A stretch of DNA of 64,000 bases, taken from assembly GCA_963715985.1 (NCBI GenBank), contig CAVQSP010000010.1, forward strand, positions 1 through 64,000, written 5' to 3'. A program made the translations under genes and the position numbers. The notes beneath the pieces were generated by a model, which ran no database searches, was not told the DNA's origin, and saw only the letters and a program-made list of their open reading frames with translations. This DNA comes from an uncultured Thermoleophilia bacterium. Its GTDB lineage: Bacteria > Actinomycetota > Thermoleophilia > UBA2241. Below, in pieces: positions 54,725 to 64,000 of the stretch (its first letter is position 1; the number at the start of each line of letters is the position of its first letter).

Positions 54725-56086
54725 GTGAGCACGGCCGGGGACGACGCCCGTGGAGCGCTGAGCTTCGCCGAGCGCCGCGCGCTCGACGCCCTGGACCTCG
54801 ACGGCCTCGTGGCGCTGGTGCGACGCCTCGTGGCGATCCCCAGCCTCGACGGCGCCGAGAGCCCCGCACAGCGGGCGGTCGGCGCCTGGATGCGGGATGC
54901 GGGGCTGACCGTGGACGAGTGGGAGATCGACCTCGCGGAGCTGGCCGCCCACCCCGACTGGTGCCACGAGGTCGAGCGCGACGAAGCGCTCGGCGTGGTG
55001 GGCTGGACCGGGGAGCGGCGCGGCGGCAGGGACCTGCTGCTCAACGGCCACATCGACGTCGTGCCCGTCGGGGACGAGGGCGCCTGGACGAGACCCCCCT
55101 TCGACCCGGCCGTTCGTGACGGCCGGGTCTACGGCCGCGGCGCCGTGGACATGAAGGGCGGTCTGGCCTGCGCGCTGGCCGCCGCCGCCGCGGTCCACGC
55201 CGCGGGTCTGCGACTTCGCGGTCGTCTGAGCGTGGCGAGCGTGATCGGCGAGGAGGACGGCGGCACGGGTACCTTGGCCACGCTGCTGCGCGGTCACACG
55301 GCGCAGGGTGCCGTGGTCACGGAGCCCACGCGGCTTCGTCTCGTCACCGCGCAGGCCGGCTCCCTGATGTTCCGGCTCACGGTGCCCGGCTTCTCCGCCC
55401 ACGGCTGCGTGCGCGAAGAGGGCGTGAGCGCGGTGGAGAAGTTCCTGCCTCTGTTCGCGGCGCTGCGCCGCCTGGAGGCGGAGCGTTGCGGCGTGGACAC
55501 CGCCGACGGCACGGGCGCGGCGGGCCACGCCGCCGCCGGCGAGCACTCGCACGTCGCGGGCGATCCGCGCTCGCCCCTGTTCGCCGGCTACCGGCTGCCC
55601 TGGCCCATCGAGGTCGGCACGCTGCGGGCCGGTGACTGGGCCTCGAGCGTGCCGGACACGCTGGTCGCCGAGGGCAGGTACGGCGTGGCTGTGGGCGAGG
55701 ATCCGGCGGCGGCCCGGAGGGTCTTCGAGGACGCCGTCGCCCGCGCCGCCGCCGCCGACCCCTGGCTGGCCGCACATCCGCCCTCGGTGGAGTGGTGGGG
55801 CGGCCGCTTCGACCCCGCGGTCACCGCGGAGGACGACCCCATCGTGGCTGCCGTGAGCGGCGCGGCCGCGGCGGTGTGCGGCAGCGCGCCCGCAGTCGAG
55901 GGCGTGACCTACGGCGCCGACATGCGGCTGCTCGTCAATGTGGGCCGCATCCCCACGGTGATGTTCGGCCCCGGCGACGTGCGCGTGGCGCACATGCCCG
56001 ATGAGCACGTCCCTGTCGCGGACCTCGAGGCTGTGGCCCGCACGCTGGTGGTGGCCGCCCTGCGCTTCTGCGGCGCGGAGGAGTAG
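54725..56086 (+). CDS. ArgE/DapE family M20 deacylase
   Basis: NGHIDVVP, GRGAVDMKGG, GEEDGG, AHMPDE. Confidence 0.9.
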   Translation: MSTAGDDARGALSFAERRALDALDLDGLVALVRRLVAIPSLDGAESPAQRAVGAWMRDAGLTVDEWEIDLAELAAHPDWCHEVERDEALGVVGWTGERRGGRDLLLNGHIDVVPVGDEGAWTRPPFDPAVRDGRVYGRGAVDMKGGLACALAAAAAVHAAGLRLRGRLSVASVIGEEDGGTGTLATLLRGHTAQGAVVTEPTRLRLVTAQAGSLMFRLTVPGFSAHGCVREEGVSAVEKFLPLFAALRRLEAERCGVDTADGTGAAGHAAAGEHSHVAGDPRSPLFAGYRLPWPIEVGTLRAGDWASSVPDTLVAEGRYGVAVGEDPAAARRVFEDAVARAAAADPWLAAHPPSVEWWGGRFDPAVTAEDDPIVAAVSGAAAAVCGSAPAVEGVTYGADMRLLVNVGRIPTVMFGPGDVRVAHMPDEHVPVADLEAVARTLVVAALRFCGAEE

Positions 56087-56107
56087 GCCGGCCTCACGGC
56101 AACGAAA

Positions 56108-56141
56108 GGGGGCCGGGGCGGCGTGCGCCGCCCCGGCCCCC
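56108..56141. terminator. Hairpin between convergent genes
   Basis: GGGGGCCGGGGCGGCG-TG-CGCCGCCCCGGCCCCC. Confidence 0.65.
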
Positions 56142-56150
56142 GCCTGTGCC

Positions 56151-57395
56151 TCAGTTGGCGGTGACGACGTCCTTGCGCGTGACCGGCAGGTTGCGCACCC
56201 CGAGCTCGGCGATGAAGGCGTCGCGCACGCTGCGCGGCAGCTCCTCCGGGCAGACCATGCCCTTCTGGGCGATCTTGTCCTCGACGATGAACTCGGCGTA
56301 GATGCTGGCCGGCGTGCTGGTGCCGTAGCTGACGCAGGTGGCGCCGGGGATCTGGCCGTTCACCCATTTGATGTCCGGCGGGAAGATGTTGTAGCCCACG
56401 GTGGCCGGCTTGCCGTCCTTCTCGCCGATGCAGTCCACGGTGACCACGCCGTAGTCCGTGATCTCGCCGGCGAGCGCGAGCCTGGCGAGCTCGTCGGCCG
56501 GCGGGTTGGGCGCCAGGGTGGCCACGAAGACGTCGATCGGCCGCACCTCGGTGCCGTCCTTGAGCTTGACCGGGTACTTGCTGGTCATGCCCGAACCCAC
56601 CAGGGCGAGGTCGGCGTCGATGCCGCTGCCGTCTGCGTCGCCGCCCATCTTGAAGTCCACGTAGCGCAGGCCCTTGTCCCCGAGCACTTTGGGGAGAAGG
56701 CGCGGCAGGGTGCTGACCTCTTCGTGGTCGTGGCAGATGACGGTGCCGAGGCCGAACGGCTCGGGGAACTCGTACTGCTCGCGGCGCCCGAAGATCTCCA
56801 CGCGCTTGAACTCGCCGTCCTCGTACAGGAGCGGCGGCTGCGAGCAGTCGGTGTAGTAGGTCTCCTGCGACCAGACCTGCAGCGGCACGGGGGAGTCGAA
56901 GAGCGCGAAGTCCTTGATGCGGATCTCAAAGCACTTGTCGAGGTCCTCGTAGCCGTTGGCGGCGAAGGTGTTGGTGACGCCCGGGTCCATGCCGGTGCTC
57001 AGGAGGGCGAGCTGCCCCTGCCGCGCGAACTCGGGGGCAAGCGTCATCTGGTCGAGGTAGGCCTCGTCGATGGTCTGCGAGCGCGTCTGGCCCTGCGCCA
57101 TGTCGATGTAGGCGGCGCCGCACTTGAGACACGCCTGCATGATCGACGTGTTGAACTCGGGGATGACGGCGTTGACGATGAGCTTGCAGCCCTCGCCGGC
57201 CCGGGCGATCGAGTCGGAGTCGGCGGCGTTCATGAACAGCGCGGTGGCCTTGCCGTGGCCCACCTGGCCGGCGACGAAGCGGGCGCGACTCTCGTCGTAG
57301 TCGCTGACGACGATCTCGGTGATGGCCGGGTTGCGCGCCAGATTCCAGGTGAGGACCTGTCCCTGCATGCCCGCGCCGACGATGAGGACCTTCAT
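56151..57395 (-). CDS. Saccharopine dehydrogenase family (carboxynorspermidine-synthase-like) oxidoreductase
   Basis: KVLIVGAG, YIDMA, GMDPGVTN, HEEV. Confidence 0.85.
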   Translation of the reverse strand: MKVLIVGAGMQGQVLTWNLARNPAITEIVVSDYDESRARFVAGQVGHGKATALFMNAADSDSIARAGEGCKLIVNAVIPEFNTSIMQACLKCGAAYIDMAQGQTRSQTIDEAYLDQMTLAPEFARQGQLALLSTGMDPGVTNTFAANGYEDLDKCFEIRIKDFALFDSPVPLQVWSQETYYTDCSQPPLLYEDGEFKRVEIFGRREQYEFPEPFGLGTVICHDHEEVSTLPRLLPKVLGDKGLRYVDFKMGGDADGSGIDADLALVGSGMTSKYPVKLKDGTEVRPIDVFVATLAPNPPADELARLALAGEITDYGVVTVDCIGEKDGKPATVGYNIFPPDIKWVNGQIPGATCVSYGTSTPASIYAEFIVEDKIAQKGMVCPEELPRSVRDAFIAELGVRNLPVTRKDVVTAN

Positions 57396-57534
57396 GTGCT
57401 CGTCTCCCTTGGAGGAGTTGCTGTGCCTGCCTGAGGTTCTATCAGATGCGACCTCAGAGGACAACCGCCGATGTGACGAATCTCGAGTCATGGCCGAAGT
57501 CATTGGCACGAGTGTCGCAGATTCTAGGCTGGAA

Positions 57535-58182
57535 TCAGCCGACTTTCGTGCCACACTCGGCGCAGAACTTGGCCTCGGGCTGGAGCTTGGCGCCGCACTG
57601 CGTGCAGTGCTTGCCCGACTTGAGGTCCTGGCCGCACTGGGGGCAGAACTTGGCATTGGTCTCCTGCGGGGCGCCGCACGCGGGACACGAGGCCACGATG
57701 CCCTCGCGCCAGTCCTTCTCGGTGAGGTGCTTGTCCTCGTCGCTCATCTTGGCGTGCGCCCAGACTTCTTCCACGGACTTGTCCGCCTGCGCCGCCGCCA
57801 TCTCCACGCCCATGTCGGGGGCGCAGTCCTTGCAGAGGCCCTTCTTCTCGTTCCAGCACTGCTGGCGGCACACCCAGGCGCTGCAGCGCGGGCACTGGAC
57901 GAACTTGGGGCGGATCTGGTCGACGGCCTTGTGGAACGCGGCGTCGCCGCCCTTCTCCCAGGCGGCGGACTTGACCTTCTCCGCCGCCGCGGCGCCCTGG
58001 CTGAAGAAGCCTCCGAGTAGGCTGCCTGCGCCCTCCAGGAGGTTGGTGGCAGTGGCTAGCTCGAAGCTGTCGAACTCGGTGCGGTAGCCGTTGCGGCAGC
58101 GGTTGCAGAGGAACTCGAACTGAAAGCCGCTGTCGGTACTGAGGTCGGTGTAGTTGTTGGTGAACTCGATCTCGCCTGCCAT
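57535..58182 (-). CDS. Double zinc-ribbon protein
   Basis: Multiple CxxC pairs; KFCPQCG, KFCAECG. Confidence 0.85.
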   Translation of the reverse strand: MAGEIEFTNNYTDLSTDSGFQFEFLCNRCRNGYRTEFDSFELATATNLLEGAGSLLGGFFSQGAAAAEKVKSAAWEKGGDAAFHKAVDQIRPKFVQCPRCSAWVCRQQCWNEKKGLCKDCAPDMGVEMAAAQADKSVEEVWAHAKMSDEDKHLTEKDWREGIVASCPACGAPQETNAKFCPQCGQDLKSGKHCTQCGAKLQPEAKFCAECGTKVG

Positions 58183-58347
58183 GGAGCGCCGCCTCCGTTC
58201 CGGGGCCGACGGCCCCCGTGCGTGTGCCTGCGTGGTGGGCACGAGTATATGCCGCGCGTCGCCGGACACCGTGGTGGACGAGACGGTGCCCAATGCGCTC
58301 ACGGCAAAGCTCACGGCAGTCGGGTGCCACGACGCTGAGGATGAGAG

Positions 58348-58423
58348 TGGTGGAGCATAGCGGAATCGAACCGCTGACCTCCTGGGTGCGATCCAGGCGC
58401 TCTCCCAGCTGAGCTAATGCCCC
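58348..58423 (-). tRNA. tRNA-Ala (CGC)
   Basis: GGGGCATTAGCTCAGCTGGGAGAGCGCCTGGAT-CGC-ACCCAGGAGGTCAGCGGTTCGATTCCGCTATGCTCCACCA; G3-U70 pair, encoded CCA. Confidence 0.97.
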
Positions 58424-58614
58424 ACGAGGGGTCCCGTCTCCGGGGACTCAGTATTATGGGGCATTCCCTTTTGGGCGGCAAGCCACGTCCGCGGCGCGTC
58501 CCCTCCGGCCGGCCGTCGCCGGAGGCGCGCACCGCCGGCCGGGTCCTTCCGGGCGCCGGTGGGCATGGCGTAGACTGGGCGTGCCCCGACCTGCCTGCGC
58601 CCTGGAGCCCCGCC

Positions 58615-59748
58615 GTGAAGATCACCGCCGTGCACGTCGACACGCTCGAGCTCGAGTACGAGGAGCCGTTCGTCATCGCCTCGTCGGCGCTCGCCGCCGG
58701 CCCCTGCGACCTGGTGCGCGTGGAGACGGACGAGGGTCTCGTGGGGTACGGAGAGGCCTGTCCGGCGTACGAGTTCACCGGCGACACGCTGTGGACGGTC
58801 CAGGACGTCATCGGCGAGTACCTCGGTCCCTCGGTGATGGGCAAGGATCCCTTCGACGTCGAGGCCATCGTGCGCTGCTGGGAGCGCGAGCTCTTCACGG
58901 TCGGCAACCAGGCGGCCCGTGCGGGCCTGGAGATGGCGCTGTGGGACCTCCAGGGCAAAGCGCTTGGGCGGCCGTTGAGCGATCTCGTCGGCGGCCGCAC
59001 CCGTGACGGACTCACGGAGGTCATCGCGTGGGGCTGGGACGAGCCCGAGGAGCTCGCGGCCAAGACCCGGACGGCCCTGGAGCTCGGCATCACCGTGTTC
59101 AAGATCAAGGTGGGCGACGCGCCGGAGCGCGATGAGCAGCGTGTCGCCGCGGTACGCGCCGCCGCCGGGTCGCGGGCGCGCATCACGGTGGACGCGAATC
59201 AGGGCTGGTGGGACGCCAAGACTGCGGTGGCCGCGATCAAGCGGCTCGAGCCGTACGGCATCGAGTTCGCGGAGCAGCCGGTGCGGATTGACGACCTCGC
59301 CGGGGCACGGTTCGTGCGCGAGCGCGTGGATGTGCCCATCGCCCTGGACGAGAGCGTGCGCGGCCCGTGCGAGGCGCTGGCGGCCGTGAACGCAGGCGCC
59401 TGCGACATCATCGTCGTCAAGCTGATGAAGACCGGCGGCATCCTGAACGCCCTCAAGGTGAACGCCATCGCGGAGGCTGCCGGAGTGACCGTGATGATCG
59501 GCAACATGGGCGAGAGCAGCCTGGGCCTGGCGGCCCACTTCCACCTCAACGTGGCGCTTGCCAACGCCGTGCACGGCGACGCGAACCTGCCCTCACGGCC
59601 CGCGGGGCTCAAGCGCGACATCGGCGCCGGCCTGCGCGCCGAGCTCCGAGACGGCGTCTCCGTCGTCGTGGTGCCGGACGCTCCGGGACTCGGCATCGTG
59701 GTGGACCAGGACGCCGTCGACGCGCAGCGGGTCTCGCGGCGCTGGTGA
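58615..59748 (+). CDS. Enolase-superfamily dipeptide epimerase / muconate-lactonizing-like enzyme
   Basis: GYGEA, MALWDLQGK, FKIKVG, VDANQ, EQP, LDES, VKLMKTGG. Confidence 0.88.
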   Translation: MKITAVHVDTLELEYEEPFVIASSALAAGPCDLVRVETDEGLVGYGEACPAYEFTGDTLWTVQDVIGEYLGPSVMGKDPFDVEAIVRCWERELFTVGNQAARAGLEMALWDLQGKALGRPLSDLVGGRTRDGLTEVIAWGWDEPEELAAKTRTALELGITVFKIKVGDAPERDEQRVAAVRAAAGSRARITVDANQGWWDAKTAVAAIKRLEPYGIEFAEQPVRIDDLAGARFVRERVDVPIALDESVRGPCEALAAVNAGACDIIVVKLMKTGGILNALKVNAIAEAAGVTVMIGNMGESSLGLAAHFHLNVALANAVHGDANLPSRPAGLKRDIGAGLRAELRDGVSVVVVPDAPGLGIVVDQDAVDAQRVSRRW

Positions 59749-60677
59749 GCGGGACCGTGGACCGCGAGGAGCTCAGCCGGGTCTGGCGGGAGGCGGCGGG
59801 GCCGCCGGCACCGTCCGTGCCTTCGCCTGGGCCCACCACGCTCATGGGCGCGCCGCTCGCCTCGCCGGACGAGCTGCTCGGCGTCGACCTCGCCGTGCTC
59901 GGCCTGCCCATCGGGGCCTGGCAGGACGCGCCGGCCGCAGTGCGCACCGCCTCGCGTCGGTACTCGGGGTGGCTGGCGGCGGCCCAGGCCGAGATCGGCG
60001 TGCACGTGGCGGACTACGGCGACGTGGCCGTGGACGCCGCCGACGCCGCCGTCACCTTCCTGCGCGCCCACGAGCGCATTGCCGACGTCCTCGCTGCCGG
60101 CGCCGCTCCCCTCGTCCTGGGCGGTGACTCCCTGGTCACCGTCCCTGTCCTGCAGGTGCTCGCCGGAAAGCTGCGGGGCCGCCTCGGCGTCATCGCCTTC
60201 TCGCCGCGTCTGGACCTGGATCTCGAGGCGGCCGACACCGGCTCGGGACGCTGGATGCGAGCCTTGGAGCTCGGTCTCTGCACCCCGCAGAACGTCGTCC
60301 TGATCGGCGATCGAGGCGCGCCGGACGAAGCGCAGGCCCGGCGCGCCGGCGCCGCGCTGGGGGTGCGCCGCTATGGGCTCGCCGACGTCGCCGAGGCCGG
60401 CGTCGTCACGGTCGCCCGCGAGGCCCTGGAGTCGGCCTGCGCCGGCACTGAGGCCGTGTACGTCTCTGTCGACCTCGGCGTAGCCGAGGGCCTGAGCGAT
60501 CCGGCCGGGCTGAGCGCCGGCGACCTGAGCGTCGCGCTCGGTCTGGTGGCCGCCGCCCGCCTCGCCGCTGTGGACGTGTGCGGAGTCGATCGCGCGGCCG
60601 GCTCGGGCGGTGCCGCCCTGCTCGCCGCCCGCCTCGCCGCGGACATCGTGCTGGCCGTCTCCAGCGCCCGCGGCTGA
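59745..60677 (+). CDS. Arginase/agmatinase-fold protein lacking metal ligands
   Basis: DAPAAVRTAS, DYGDV, LGGDS, IGDR, VYVSVDL, GLSAGD; GTGA overlap with the upstream gene. Confidence 0.75.
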   Translation: MSGTVDREELSRVWREAAGPPAPSVPSPGPTTLMGAPLASPDELLGVDLAVLGLPIGAWQDAPAAVRTASRRYSGWLAAAQAEIGVHVADYGDVAVDAADAAVTFLRAHERIADVLAAGAAPLVLGGDSLVTVPVLQVLAGKLRGRLGVIAFSPRLDLDLEAADTGSGRWMRALELGLCTPQNVVLIGDRGAPDEAQARRAGAALGVRRYGLADVAEAGVVTVAREALESACAGTEAVYVSVDLGVAEGLSDPAGLSAGDLSVALGLVAAARLAAVDVCGVDRAAGSGGAALLAARLAADIVLAVSSARG

Positions 60678-60871
60678 CCGCCCGCGGGCGACCGCCGGCG
60701 GCACCGCGGCCCCCCGCAATGGCACAGCGTTGCCACGCTGGTCAACGGGGCGTGGCGTCTCGTCCCGAGTGGTCTGGGCACTCGGCCCTAGACGTGAGTT
60801 CCATCGAGCGGGCGCCTCTGGTGGACGACACTGTCTGCAGAGCAGCAGCCACCAGTGGGGAGGGTTCGCAG

Positions 60872-61045
60872 GTGACACGCGAAGAGAAGGAGCAGGCGGT
60901 CGACGCCGTGCTCTCGACGTATGCGCACCTTGGCGCCACCCTGGTCGCGGACGACCAGACGCTCGTCAGGCTTCTGCAGACGCTCGAGCTCTCCACGACC
61001 GACAGGGAAGTCGGCGACTACCTCTGCTCGTTCCTCATCGCGTAG
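60872..61045 (+). CDS. Small hypothetical protein
   Basis: GGGGAGGG RBS, GTG start, 57 aa; 3' end overlaps the convergent gene. Confidence 0.4.
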   Translation: MTREEKEQAVDAVLSTYAHLGATLVADDQTLVRLLQTLELSTTDREVGDYLCSFLIA

Positions 61046-62934
61046 GGGGCTTGCCGCTTCAGGCGTTCTTCGAGGCGGGCGTTCTCGAAGGCGGCGGCCA
61101 GCAGGTGACCGGCGCCGCGGAGGAGGCCCAGGGAGTCGGTGTAGTCGCGTGGCCGCGTGTCGTAGACGTCGATGAATCCGTGCAGGCGATCTCGAAGCAC
61201 GACGGAGACACACACCTCACTGGCGTATCCGAGCTCCCGGTACGCCAGCCTCTCAGCCTCGCTCAGCCTGGGGTCGTCGATCTCGCTGACCATGAACACC
61301 TGGTGAGCGTTCATGGCCTGCACGACCGTGGGGTGGCGCTCGAGGTCGAGAAGTGCGCCGACGGGGTGCTCGTCGAAGCCGCTGCGGTCGTAGCTGGCAA
61401 CGCAGCGCATGCCGTGGTCGGAGACGCGGAAGATGTCACAGCCGGCGGCGTCCAGGGCGCTCTGAAGACGCTCCGCCGTCTGGCGCACCAGCACGTCGAG
61501 CCCAGGTGCGCGCCCGGCGATCTCGCCGATCTGGACGAGCTCGTCGATCACGCGGCCGCGGCGTGCCACCTGTTCGGTGAACAGCCCGGTCTCGAGCGCG
61601 TGCCCGGCCACCCGGGCGAGGGCGCGGATGAGGTCGAGGTCGGCGGCGAAGTCGTGAGGTACGTAGTCGCAGAGCTCCACGAGGCCGATGACCTTCCCCG
61701 CCGAGAAGAGTGGCAACGTGACCTGAGACTGGTACCCCCACTTCTCCAGAGAAAAGCGGACCTCGTCGTCAAGAAGCGGGTCGGCGAGGTCCGCGATGAG
61801 GATGACCTCGCCGCTCTCCACCGCCCGCCTGCTGGCGGGGTACCTCGCCAGCGGCAGGACGACGTCCTCCCAGTCGCCGTCGAACTGGTCCCCGTCGTAG
61901 CTCGTCAGGGCGCGACAGGTCTCTCCCTCGACGGCGTAGACTTCTGCGACGGGGGCGCCGGTGACCGCGGCGAGTCGCTGGACGACGGCGCGCAGCACGG
62001 TCTCGGGGCCGAGGCGAACGGTGTCCTCCAGGCCCTCCTCCGTCAGCGCGGAGAGGCCGCGCCGGAGTCTCTCGATCCGCGCGGGATCGCCTGTGGAGGG
62101 TACCGCAGATGTGGACACGGCCGAGGCGCCCTGCTGCGTGGAGTCGGCTGCACTCCCTTGCTTGGGGCCGTCCGCCCCGCTGCCGGCAGCGTCTGTGGCC
62201 GGGATCTCGCAGGGCTCCTGCGCTTCCGGGGCCGGTTGCCCGAGGCGACTCGTCTCGCCGCCGCCTGCGATGAGCAGACCGGCGTGTCCGGCCACGGACT
62301 CGGCGAAGGTCACCATGGCGGCGGTGAAGTCGTGCGGACCGCGGGTGTCCGCCAACCGCAACACGCCCAGTGACCTGCCGGCGACGGTGATGGGCAGGAC
62401 GAGCAGCGCGCGAACGCCCTGCCGCAGGTAGTCCTCCGCCACGGGAGGGGCGAGGAGGCTGGTGGCCGCCAGGTCGGGGACCACGAGCCGGCGGCGGCTC
62501 CGGAGCACCTCGGCCTCGGTGGCCGACGACTCACGGGGGAGATGCGCGCCGGCGGTCCTGCCGTGGCCGTCCGGAGGATGGGCCGCCACGATCCTCAGGG
62601 TGTCGTCGCCGTCGCAGAGGGCGATGCAGCACGATGTGACGGCGACGCCCTCGGCGGCCACGCTCGCCAGCGCCTGCAGCGCCGAGATCTGCGAGATGCG
62701 GCCGGCGTCATCCTCGCCGGACCGAGAACCTGCCGGCTCCGCGGCGTGTGCGCTGCGCCCGAGCGCCGCCTCGATGTCGGCGCGCCGGTAGCGCCTGTGG
62801 CCACCCGGGCTCCGGTAGGACCTCACGCGGCCATCGTCGCTCCAGCGGCGGAGCGTGTTGTGGCTCACACCGAGCGCGGCCGCCGCCTCCGCGAGGCGCA
62901 GCCATTGCCCGCCGTTTGCTCTGCCTACGCGCAT
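61018..62934 (-). CDS. MerR/excisionase-type HTH with multiple GAF domains
   Basis: LAEAAAALGVSHNTLRRWSDDG..SPGGHRRY; three GAF-like repeats (LLVLPI...GVL; QVTLPL...GLVEL; AFENARL). Confidence 0.8.
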   Translation of the reverse strand: MRVGRANGGQWLRLAEAAAALGVSHNTLRRWSDDGRVRSYRSPGGHRRYRRADIEAALGRSAHAAEPAGSRSGEDDAGRISQISALQALASVAAEGVAVTSCCIALCDGDDTLRIVAAHPPDGHGRTAGAHLPRESSATEAEVLRSRRRLVVPDLAATSLLAPPVAEDYLRQGVRALLVLPITVAGRSLGVLRLADTRGPHDFTAAMVTFAESVAGHAGLLIAGGGETSRLGQPAPEAQEPCEIPATDAAGSGADGPKQGSAADSTQQGASAVSTSAVPSTGDPARIERLRRGLSALTEEGLEDTVRLGPETVLRAVVQRLAAVTGAPVAEVYAVEGETCRALTSYDGDQFDGDWEDVVLPLARYPASRRAVESGEVILIADLADPLLDDEVRFSLEKWGYQSQVTLPLFSAGKVIGLVELCDYVPHDFAADLDLIRALARVAGHALETGLFTEQVARRGRVIDELVQIGEIAGRAPGLDVLVRQTAERLQSALDAAGCDIFRVSDHGMRCVASYDRSGFDEHPVGALLDLERHPTVVQAMNAHQVFMVSEIDDPRLSEAERLAYRELGYASEVCVSVVLRDRLHGFIDVYDTRPRDYTDSLGLLRGAGHLLAAAFENARLEERLKRQAPYAMRNEQR

Positions 62935-63100
62935 GGTGATGGTCGCGGCGCCCTGCCGCATGCGCAAACCTACCAGATTCTTCGCGACTCTGGGAGCGTT
63001 GAGACGCTCGCGACGCACGCATCGCGACGTGAGGCATGAGAATCAGCCTGCGGCCGACGATACCGCGCCGCCACCGGCCACACAGCGAAACGAGAAGCGT

Positions 63101-64000
63101 CTAGTGCTCGTCTTGCCCCGACGGATCGCCGGCGGCCTCAACCGGCGCATCGGGACCGGCGATGGCCCTTGCGATGTCGGCGAAGGCGGCGCCGACCGGC
63201 GTGCTCGGGTCGAGGGCGGCCGGCGAGCCCGTATCGCCTCCTTCACGGGTGGCCTCGTCGAGCGGGATGCGGCCCAGGAGGCGTGTCTCCATGAGGCGCG
63301 CTATCTCGTAGGCGCCTCCGCGCCCGAAGATGTAGTGCCGGCTGCCGCAGTCCGGGCACTCGTAGTAGGACATGTTCTCGACGACCCCGAGCACGTGCTG
63401 CTTCGTCATACGGGCCATCTTGGCCGCCTTCACGGCTGTGCGGGAGGCGGCCTCCTGCGGCGTGGTGACGATGACGAGTTCGGCGCCGGGGATCATCTGC
63501 GCGACGGTCAGCGCGATGTCGCCGGTGCCGGGAGGCAGGTCTATGAGCAGAAAGTCCGGGCTGCCCCACAGGACGTCGCCGAGGAACTGCTCGATGGCGC
63601 GACCGAGCATGGGGCCGCGCCAGATGACGGGTTCGTTGTCGGGCAGGAAGAAGCCCATGGAGACGACTTTGACACCGTGGGCTTCCGGCGGCAGCATCTT
63701 GCCTTCGTGCGCCGCCGGGGGGACGGCGGCGAGACCCATCATCAGCGGCATGGTGGGTCCGTACACGTCGGCGTCAATGAGTGCGACGGCATGTCCCTGC
63801 GCTGCGAGGGCGACGGCAAGGTTGGCGGTGACGGTGGACTTGCCCACGCCGCCCTTGCCGCTTGCGATGGCGATCGTGCGCGTCTTCGAGCCGGGGCCGA
63901 AGAGGCTCTGCACCATCTGGTTGCGGCTGGTCAGGCGCTCCTTCATCGCGTCGCGCTCTTCGCACGACATCGCGTCGAGCTTGACCTCCACCGCGCGGCC
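63101..64000 (-). CDS. mrp: Mrp/NBP35 (ApbC) Fe-S carrier ATPase, 5' partial
   Basis: IASGKGGVGKST, DADVYGP, VIWRGPM, DLPPGTGD, VTTPQ, ENMS, CPDC. Confidence 0.93.
   Translation of the reverse strand, partial: GRAVEVKLDAMSCEERDAMKERLTSRNQMVQSLFGPGSKTRTIAIASGKGGVGKSTVTANLAVALAAQGHAVALIDADVYGPTMPLMMGLAAVPPAAHEGKMLPPEAHGVKVVSMGFFLPDNEPVIWRGPMLGRAIEQFLGDVLWGSPDFLLIDLPPGTGDIALTVAQMIPGAELVIVTTPQEAASRTAVKAAKMARMTKQHVLGVVENMSYYECPDCGSRHYIFGRGGAYEIARLMETRLLGRIPLDEATREGGDTGSPAALDPSTPVGAAFADIARAIAGPDAPVEAAGDPSGQDEH

Overview
High-GC (~70%) bacterial chromosome segment, most consistent with an anaerobic Actinomycetota (Thermoleophilia/Coriobacteriia-like; inference). It spans the replication origin (DnaA boxes, dnaA-dnaN-yaaA-recF-dciA-gyrB-gyrA). 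The left 25 kb is a methylamine/amine-catabolism region: one dimethylamine methyltransferase (MtbB), five trimethylamine-methyltransferase-family (MttB) paralogues, three C-terminally anchored solute-binding proteins, two TetR regulators, agmatine deiminase and a PuuB-like oxidase. Main result: mtbB (TAG 916-918) and one mttB (TAG 15875-15877) each have an in-frame amber codon exactly at the conserved pyrrolysine position. At least ten other genes in the window use TAG as a true stop, and the two recoded TAGs share a 19/24-nt context. This points to context-dependent pyrrolysine recoding; no pyl genes are visible in this window. Other points: a TPP riboswitch with a 33-nt J4/5 insertion, a glycine-riboswitch-controlled GcvT-SHMT fusion, an ATPase islet bounded by a 52-bp direct repeat, an orphan FlgM-like gene with a sigma28 promoter, and a HATPase-HTH gene between the DnaA boxes and dnaA. 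Many single-base frameshifts, including in essential genes, indicate assembly indel errors, so some boundaries are approximate.
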